NCBI GenBank assembly: GCA_040752125.1 | Contig: JBFMFK010000006.1 | Coordinates: 1,152 to 65,151, forward strand | Length of the DNA: 64,000 bases | Origin: Patescibacteria group bacterium | Lineage (GTDB): Bacteria; Patescibacteriota; Minisyncoccia; UBA9983 | Reading direction: 5' to 3' | In this document: positions 57,565-64,000 of the stretch, one piece after another | Layout: every line of letters begins with the position of its first letter | Position numbering within the stretch: position 1 is the stretch's first letter | Program-made: the position numbers and the translations under genes | Notes under the pieces: generated by a model | Told to the model about the DNA's origin: nothing | What the model saw: only the letters and a program-made list of their open reading frames with translations | Databases searched by the model: none

Positions 57565-59229
57565 ATGGCTAAACTCTCAGATAAAAAATCTCAAATAAAA
57601 GAAATCCGAGAGCAAGAAGCAGAAGAACTAGCCAAGATTCTCTCTGTAAAATATAAACTTCCCTACCTCAATCTGGCAACAATATCAATTGATTTAGACG
57701 CCCTCAGGATCGTTCCCGAAGATAAGGCCAGAAGCGCAAAACTGGCTGTTTTCCAAAAAAATGACAAAAAACTGGATATTGCCATTTTTAGTCCCAATCT
57801 AGAATCAACTCAAAATACCATTAAAGAACTTGAGCAGAATGATTTCAGGGTCAAACTCTATATGGTTTCTGAAAGCAGTCTTAATAAGGTCTGGAAAAGA
57901 TATCGTGAAGTACCGGAATTTGTGGAGATCTCTAAGGGTATTATTGATGTTTCTCAACAAAAACTGGAGGAGTTTATGGAGAAAGCGGGGATGTTAGAAG
58001 ATTTAAGAAATATTTTTTTTTCATTAATAGATTCTAAAAAGGTTCGCCGTGTCTCCGAAACGTTGGAGATTATTATTGCAGGAGCAATCAGCTCTGATTC
58101 GTCCGATATTCATATTGAACCGCAAGAGGGGAAAATAAGATTAAGATTCAGATTGGATGGAGTTCTCCACGATATCCTTTTTTTTGATCCCAAAATATAC
58201 AATCTCGTTCTCTCCAGAATAAAATTAGTTTCCGGCCTAAAACTAAATGTCCATAATCAGGCACAGGACGGCCGTTTTAGTGTTCGCATCAAGGATTTAG
58301 AAATAGAAATCAGGACCTCGATCATTCCTGGTCCTTATGGCGAAAGTGTAGTGATGAGAATTTTAAATCCAAAATCTATTAATGTGGCCCTTGAAGATCT
58401 GGGAATGGAAAAACATCTTTATGAGGTAACCCTGGAAGAAATCAAGAAACCTAATGGCATGCTTTTAACCACCGGCCCAACTGGTTCTGGAAAAACAACA
58501 ACACTTTATTCTTTTTTAAAAAAAATATATTCCCCGGGAATTAAAATAATCACCCTTGAAGATCCAATTGAATATCATTTAACAGGCATTACTCAAACAC
58601 AAATAGATGATGCTAGGGGCTATGGTTTTGCTGAAGGTCTAAGGGCTATTTTGCGACAAGATCCTGATATTATTATGGTAGGCGAAATCCGCGATCTGGA
58701 AACTGCCAAAATAGCGATGAATGCTGCCCTGACCGGCCATTTTGTTTTTTCAACTCTCCATACCAATAATGCCGGTGGAACAATCCCCAGATTAATAGAT
58801 ATCGGTGTCAATCCGGCCATCATTGCTCCTGCCTTAAATATGTCTATGGCTCAACGATTGGTAAGAAAACTCTGCAATAATTGCAAGGTGCAAAAAAAAC
58901 CAACAGACCAAGAAAAAGAAAAGATAAAACAAATTCTGGATTCTTTTCCTAAAAATATTCCTGTTCAAGATATTAACCAAATGTCAATCTGGGAAAGCAA
59001 AGGCTGCCGCCTGTGTAATAATATTGGATATAAGGGAAGGATTGGAGTTTTTGAAGCTATACTGATAAACCCGGAAATAGAAAATTTAATTCTCCACAAT
59101 CCAAGCGAAACAGAAATCTGGAAGGCGGCAAAAATGCAAGGACTGTTGGATATGCGACAGGATGGAATAATAAAAGTATTAAAGGGAATAACCTCTTTTG
59201 ATGAATTAAGACGAGTTGTAGAATTGTAG
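57565..59229 (+). CDS. pilB: GspE/PilB family assembly ATPase
   Basis: SDIHIEP, QDGRF, GPTGSGKTTT, EDPIEY, LRQDPD, CNNC/CRLC Zn motif. Confidence 0.93.
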   Translation: MAKLSDKKSQIKEIREQEAEELAKILSVKYKLPYLNLATISIDLDALRIVPEDKARSAKLAVFQKNDKKLDIAIFSPNLESTQNTIKELEQNDFRVKLYMVSESSLNKVWKRYREVPEFVEISKGIIDVSQQKLEEFMEKAGMLEDLRNIFFSLIDSKKVRRVSETLEIIIAGAISSDSSDIHIEPQEGKIRLRFRLDGVLHDILFFDPKIYNLVLSRIKLVSGLKLNVHNQAQDGRFSVRIKDLEIEIRTSIIPGPYGESVVMRILNPKSINVALEDLGMEKHLYEVTLEEIKKPNGMLLTTGPTGSGKTTTLYSFLKKIYSPGIKIITLEDPIEYHLTGITQTQIDDARGYGFAEGLRAILRQDPDIIMVGEIRDLETAKIAMNAALTGHFVFSTLHTNNAGGTIPRLIDIGVNPAIIAPALNMSMAQRLVRKLCNNCKVQKKPTDQEKEKIKQILDSFPKNIPVQDINQMSIWESKGCRLCNNIGYKGRIGVFEAILINPEIENLILHNPSETEIWKAAKMQGLLDMRQDGIIKVLKGITSFDELRRVVEL

Positions 59230-59234
59230 TTTGA

Positions 59235-59435
59235 AAAATAAAATCACCCCATAATCCTCTAAGCAACTCTTTCAACATGGGTATCAAAAGTTTAGAGTTT
59301 TTAATAAAGAGAAACCCAGCAAAACCAACTCAAGGCTGGAAACCAGAAATTCTTTTTAAAAACTCCGATAAAGCAAATAACTCTGCTTTGTTGCTTAGAG
59401 GATTATGGGGTGATTAACCAATAATTTTTAAGCCT
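59235..59435 (-). ncRNA. Candidate structured ncRNA (6S-RNA-like rod)
   Basis: 26-bp perfect closing stem 59242-59267/59390-59415, central bubble, inner stems, upstream promoter, U-rich end. Confidence 0.6.
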
Positions 59436-59441
59436 TAAATT

Positions 59442-59470
59442 ATTTTAACAAAAAATAGTTATTATGTCAA
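59442..59470 (-). promoter_or_regulatory. Near-consensus sigma70 promoter facing the hairpin
   Basis: TTGACA-17nt-TAAAAT with extended -10 TG. Confidence 0.65.
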
Positions 59471-60471
59471 GCCTAAGGAATTTAAATCAGTTTGAACGTG
59501 AAGACAAGATATTGGACCAAACCCTAAGACCACGGCAATGGGAAGAATATATTGGCCAAGAAACCATAAAAAAGAATTTAAAGATATTGTTGGAAGCGGC
59601 CATGGAACGTCAAGAATCAGCTGAACATCTTCTTTTTTACGGACCCGCAGGTTTAGGAAAAACAACACTAGCTTATCTTATTGCAAAAGAATTAAATGTG
59701 CAAATGAGAGTCACCTCAGGGCCGGCCATTGAAAGAGTGGGTGATCTTGCTTCAATTTTAACAAATCTTTCTCGGGGGGATATTTTATTTATAGATGAAG
59801 CTCACCGACTAAATAAACTAGTGGAAGAAATTCTCTATCCAGCAATGGAATCCGGCACTTTAGATATTATAATAGGAAAAGGACCTTCTGCAAGAACCAT
59901 TCAATTAGAACTTCCGCCATTCACATTAATAGCCGCCACCACCAGAATAGCTCTTCTCTCATCGCCTTTAAGGTCTCGTTTTTCCGGAGGAATCTTTAGA
60001 CTTGATTTTTACGAAGAAGATGAAATCAAAAAAATAATCTTACGCTCTGCCAGAATATTAAATGCAGCTATAGACGAAGAAGCAGCTAAGGAGATTGCCA
60101 AAAGAAGCAGATTTACACCAAGGATCGCTAATAATCTATTGAAGCGGTGCCGTGATTATGCGCAGGTTCATAAAAAAGAAATAATTGATCTGGAAACAGC
60201 AAGAAAGACAATGGAATTATTGGAGATTGATGACAAGGGACTTAATAAGCACGATAGAGAAATTCTGAAAATTTTAATTGAAAAGTTTGGAGGAGGACCA
60301 GTTGGTCTCCAGACAATAGCTGCGGCAACTTCAGAAGATGAAGCCACGATTGAGGAAGTTTGCGAACCATATTTATTACAATTAGGCTTTATAGAAAGAA
60401 CTCCTCGCGGCCGAATGGCCACGCCTCATGCATATAAACACTTGGATAAAAACCCGCCCAGACTCATTTAA
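59464..60471 (+). CDS. ruvB: Holliday junction branch migration ATPase RuvB
   Basis: LRP, GPAGLGKTT, FIDEAHRL, PLRSRF, TPRIAN, RTPRGR. Confidence 0.98.
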   Translation: MSSLRNLNQFEREDKILDQTLRPRQWEEYIGQETIKKNLKILLEAAMERQESAEHLLFYGPAGLGKTTLAYLIAKELNVQMRVTSGPAIERVGDLASILTNLSRGDILFIDEAHRLNKLVEEILYPAMESGTLDIIIGKGPSARTIQLELPPFTLIAATTRIALLSSPLRSRFSGGIFRLDFYEEDEIKKIILRSARILNAAIDEEAAKEIAKRSRFTPRIANNLLKRCRDYAQVHKKEIIDLETARKTMELLEIDDKGLNKHDREILKILIEKFGGGPVGLQTIAAATSEDEATIEEVCEPYLLQLGFIERTPRGRMATPHAYKHLDKNPPRLI

Positions 60472-60493
60472 AATTCACAATTAAATTGGGCTA

Positions 60494-60516
60494 TGTTTGA
60501 CATCGGAAGTTGAACA
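60494..60516. repeat. Degenerate orphan copy of REP-like family B
   Basis: TGTTTGACATCGGAAGTTGAACA vs TGTGCGACTTCGGAAGTCGAACA (19/23). Confidence 0.65.
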
Positions 60517-60552
60517 ATTGATTCTTGGTTTAAAATTCTATATTCTATCCTC

Positions 60553-61092
60553 ATGGCCGGACACTCTAAATGGGCTCAAATTAAAAGGCAAAAAGGCGCG
60601 GCCGATGCGAAAAAGAGTCAGATTTTTTCCAAGCTTGCCAGAATGATCGCCATAGCTGTAAGAAAAGGAGAGGATCCGGGGATGAATCCTGAACTTCGCG
60701 TTGCCATAGACAAGGCAAAAGAGGCCAATATGCCTGCTGATAATATTGAACGCGCCATAAAGCGAAGTACTGGAAAACTGGAAGGTGTGCAGTTAGAGAA
60801 TCTTAAAATAGAAGCGTATGGTCCGGCTGGCATTGCCATCATTATCGAAGCAATCACGGACAATAGAAACAGAACCATTGCGGAGATCAAACACATTCTC
60901 TCAAAATACGGTGCCAAATGGGCTGAACCCGGCTCTGTTGTTTGGTCCTTTGAACCGCTTGCTGGCGGGAAAGGCTGGAAACCAAAACATACCATTGAAA
61001 TCTCTGAAAAAGACGCTAAGGCCCTGGATAAATTATTAGAAGAATTAGATGATCATGATGATGTTAATGAACTTTTCACAAATAGTTCATAA
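60553..61092 (+). CDS. yebC: YebC/PmpR family protein (short form)
   Basis: MAGHSKWAQIKRQK, EAYGPAG, TDNRNRT, LDDHDDV. Confidence 0.94.
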   Translation: MAGHSKWAQIKRQKGAADAKKSQIFSKLARMIAIAVRKGEDPGMNPELRVAIDKAKEANMPADNIERAIKRSTGKLEGVQLENLKIEAYGPAGIAIIIEAITDNRNRTIAEIKHILSKYGAKWAEPGSVVWSFEPLAGGKGWKPKHTIEISEKDAKALDKLLEELDDHDDVNELFTNSS

Positions 61093-61133
61093 ACCAAAGC
61101 ACAAAAGATAAAAAGCAAAAAAATTAAAATATT

Positions 61134-61616
61134 ATGATTATTTTAGGTATTGATCCAGGATTTGACAGACTGGGATATGCCGTTCTATCTAAAGAAAAAA
61201 GGGGGTTGAAATTAATCCATTCAGATTGCCTTTTATCTGAAAAAAAATTACCTTATGAGAAAAGACTTTTTTTCTTAGCTGAAAAAGTAGGGAGAATAAT
61301 CACCAAATACCATCCGGATATTTTGGCTATTGAAAAAATATTTTTTACAAAAAACCAAAAAACGGCCCTAAGGATTTCTGAAATGAGAGGGGCAATTCTT
61401 TATTTAGCTTCTTCTTATAATCTCTGTGTTTTAGAACTGACTCCTCTTCAGGTAAAAATAGCCATCACTGGTTATGGTCGGGCTGAAAAATCACAGATCC
61501 AAAAAATGATTGGCAATGAATTAAAAATAAAAAACAAGCCAAAATATGATGATGAAACCGATGCCATTGCCATTGGCCTTACTGCCTCTTTTTATTTATC
61601 CACAATAAAAAATTAA
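61134..61616 (+). CDS. ruvC: Holliday junction resolvase RuvC
   Basis: ILGIDPG, AIEKIFF, TGYGRAEK, DDETDAIA. Confidence 0.95.
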   Translation: MIILGIDPGFDRLGYAVLSKEKRGLKLIHSDCLLSEKKLPYEKRLFFLAEKVGRIITKYHPDILAIEKIFFTKNQKTALRISEMRGAILYLASSYNLCVLELTPLQVKIAITGYGRAEKSQIQKMIGNELKIKNKPKYDDETDAIAIGLTASFYLSTIKN

Positions 61617-61691
61617 ATGCTTTACATTTTTATTTTTTTTGCTAAAAGTTAAATCTATAGGTCGTATTTTTATAGAAACATAGCCTAATTT

Positions 61692-61880
61692 ATGGAAGAT
61701 TTACAAAACATATTTCTCAAGACAAGGTATGAAGATGACTACCTGAATAACGAAGATCTTGGAGAAGACAAAGAGAGAGGGGCAGAAGAACCTGATGAAG
61801 AGCTGGGTGAAGAAGAATTTTTAGAAGATGATTCGGATGACTATGAAGATTATGAAAGCGAAGGGCTAGAAAAAGAATAA
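61692..61880 (+). CDS. Small very acidic hypothetical protein
   Basis: 62-aa D/E-rich ORF followed by a terminator. Confidence 0.55.
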   Translation: MEDLQNIFLKTRYEDDYLNNEDLGEDKERGAEEPDEELGEEEFLEDDSDDYEDYESEGLEKE

Positions 61881-61883
61881 TCA

Positions 61884-61913
61884 AAAACTCCCTGTTTTTC
61901 ACAGGGGGTTTTT
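61884..61913. terminator. Bidirectional terminator
   Basis: AAAAACTCCCTGT..ACAGGGGGTTTTT between convergent genes. Confidence 0.7.
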
Positions 61914-63063
61914 AAATCAGAATCTTAACAAATCTTTTCTTCCCAATTCTTATAATTGAATTTTTCTTTATAAGAAAGTGCGTATCCTTAATCAAACTGC
62001 CATCACTCTCTATGGCGCCGGATCTGATCAATCTGCGGAATTCGCTCTTTGATTCAATGATTTTATTTTCTGCAAGAACATCACCCAATTCTTTTTGGCT
62101 GTTGATTTTAAGAGTTTCTATTTTTTCTGGGAATTCCTTTTTTTGGAAAATTTTTATAAAATTTTCCCGGGCCTTTTCTGCCTCTTTCTCGCTATGATAA
62201 TTTTTTACGATTTCGTAAGCCAATCTTAATTTTGCATCACGCAGATTCGCGATTTTTTTAATTTCAGAGGAAATTTCTGTTGTTAATTCTGCCCAAGAGT
62301 TTATTAATTTGTCGGGGATAGACATCGTCTTCCCAAACATCTGCTCGCTAGATTCGGTAATGCCAATATAATTATCTAGGGATTTAGACATTTTTTGCTC
62401 GCCATCTGTGCCAATTAATAACGGTAAACAGATAATGTCTTGTTCTTCTTGTTTCATTCTTCTTTGGAGGGTGCGGCCAGCCAGCATATTAAATTTTTGA
62501 TCAACTCCGCCGATTTCCACATCAGACTTAGTTTTGACTGAATCATAGGCCTGCATCAGCGGATATAAAATTTCCCGCATGGTGATCTCTGTGCCATTTT
62601 TTATTCTTTTCTCAAAATCATCTCTTTCTAAAATTCTCTGGACGGTAAATTTATCAGCGATCTCTAAAATTTCTTTCCATCCTTCCCTTGCAAACCATTC
62701 GCTGTTTTGGTGTATTTCTGTCTTTTTTATGTCTAAGATCTTTCCTGCCTGCCTGAAATATGTTTTTGCGTTTTTCTTTATCTGCCTTTCTGATAAAATC
62801 GGCCTTGCTGTTGATCTACCTGAAGGATCGCCTATCCTTGCGGTAAAATCTCCGATAATAAAAATAATTTTGTGGCCCAAATCCTGAAACTCTTTTAATT
62901 TCCTCAAGATGACCGCGTGTCCCAAATGAAGATCGGGCGCTGTTGGATCTGCACCGTGCTTTATTCTTAATCGCTCTCCGGCCCGCAGACGTTCCTCTAG
63001 ATGTTTCCTCTCTATCACTTCTGTCACATTATGACTTAAAAGTTGTTCAGTGGTATCCGGCAT
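61912..63063 (-). CDS. tyrS: Tyrosine--tRNA ligase
   Basis: GADPTAPDLHLGH, YPLMQAYD, GGVDQ, KMSKS, S4 domain. Confidence 0.98.
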   Translation of the reverse strand: MPDTTEQLLSHNVTEVIERKHLEERLRAGERLRIKHGADPTAPDLHLGHAVILRKLKEFQDLGHKIIFIIGDFTARIGDPSGRSTARPILSERQIKKNAKTYFRQAGKILDIKKTEIHQNSEWFAREGWKEILEIADKFTVQRILERDDFEKRIKNGTEITMREILYPLMQAYDSVKTKSDVEIGGVDQKFNMLAGRTLQRRMKQEEQDIICLPLLIGTDGEQKMSKSLDNYIGITESSEQMFGKTMSIPDKLINSWAELTTEISSEIKKIANLRDAKLRLAYEIVKNYHSEKEAEKARENFIKIFQKKEFPEKIETLKINSQKELGDVLAENKIIESKSEFRRLIRSGAIESDGSLIKDTHFLIKKNSIIRIGKKRFVKILI

Positions 63064-63127
63064 ATTTTAAATCAATCTTAACATTTTTATAGACAAAAAC
63101 AAATTTTAGGATTAAGATAATTTAACA

Positions 63128-64000
63128 ATGATTAAGAAAAAACAGACAAAGTTCAATAAGTTTGTACTCGGATTAATATTTTTATTTATCATTATTGGTA
63201 TTTTTATAATGATTGCGCTGACCTTCTGGATGGCGACCTTAAGACTTCCTGATCTAGAGTCTTTTGAAAATAGAAAAGTAATAGAATCTACAAAAATCTA
63301 TGACCGCACAGGAAAAATTCTTTTATGGGATATTCATGAAAATATTCAGCGAACTGTGATAACTTCAGATAAAATTTCTCCCCACCTCAAAAATGCCACC
63401 GTAGCCATTGAAGATGCAGATTTTTATAAACACCGCGGTATAGATTTTAAGGGGATTGTTAGAGCTATTCTGGTAAATATTGGTTCAATATCTTTAAGAG
63501 AAGGCGGCTCAACCATTTCCCAACAATTGGTAAAAAATAGTCTTCTTTCTGGAGAAAAAAGTTTCATCAGAAAAACAAAAGAGGTAATTCTCACATTAAA
63601 ACTAGAGAGAAATTTTTCAAAAGAGAAAATACTGGAACTTTATCTTAATGAAATTCCTTATGGCGGAAATAATTATGGCGCTGAAGCAGCCAGCCAGCAT
63701 TTTTTTGGAAAATCAGCCAGTGAGCTCTCTTTGGCTGAGGCAGCATATTTGGCCGCCCTGCCCCAGGCACCGACTTATTATTCGCCCTTCGGAAACCATC
63801 GGAACGAACTGGAAACTAGAAAAAATCTTGTATTAAAAAAGATGTATGAGCTTGGTTTTATAACAAAAGAAGAGGAGGAAGGGGCGGAAAAAGAAAAAGC
63901 AAAATTTATTCCCAGGGGTGAACAGAAAATTAGGGCGCCTCATTTTGCCATTCATATCCGTTCGTATTTAGAGCAAAAATACGGAGAAGATATTATTGAA
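63128..64000 (+). CDS. Class A penicillin-binding protein (PBP1A family), partial; runs off the window
   Basis: own translation: TM, STKIYDRTG, VAIEDAD.F..H.G, GGSTISQQLVKN, RKTKE, YLNEIPYG. Confidence 0.92.
   Translation, partial: MIKKKQTKFNKFVLGLIFLFIIIGIFIMIALTFWMATLRLPDLESFENRKVIESTKIYDRTGKILLWDIHENIQRTVITSDKISPHLKNATVAIEDADFYKHRGIDFKGIVRAILVNIGSISLREGGSTISQQLVKNSLLSGEKSFIRKTKEVILTLKLERNFSKEKILELYLNEIPYGGNNYGAEAASQHFFGKSASELSLAEAAYLAALPQAPTYYSPFGNHRNELETRKNLVLKKMYELGFITKEEEEGAEKEKAKFIPRGEQKIRAPHFAIHIRSYLEQKYGEDIIE

Noticed and set aside
61596-61604. oriC (TTATCCACA DnaA box)
   Set aside because: Single box inside the ruvC 3' end; only scattered degenerate boxes (~20795, ~47380), no cluster and no dnaA.

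Overview
AT-rich 64 kb chromosomal segment, most likely from a Patescibacteria/CPR (Parcubacteria-like) bacterium. This is inferred from the missing rpmD, tRNAs without encoded CCA, few Shine-Dalgarno sites, compact polA/yebC and type IV pilus genes. The core is the str-S10-spc ribosomal cluster (rpsL..secY-adk-map, minus strand), plus 10 tRNAs, pilMNO, pilB, ruvABC, polA, holA, mutM, tyrS, a P1B ATPase and an accessory block of surface proteins with a wHTH-MNT/HEPN pair. Two things stand out. (1) A promoter-driven, ~175-200 nt rod-like ncRNA candidate between pilB and ruvB has 6S-RNA-like architecture. (2) Four small standalone genes are each bracketed by their own micro-repeat family: two RAYT-like HUH/Y1 transposases with distinct REP-like palindromes, a PaaX/Cas2-like gene with paired palindromes, and a four-helix-bundle gene inside inverted heptamer arrays. 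Orphan copies of such repeats are scattered across the window and sit in frame inside housekeeping genes. All calls come from reading the sequence by eye; no searches were run.
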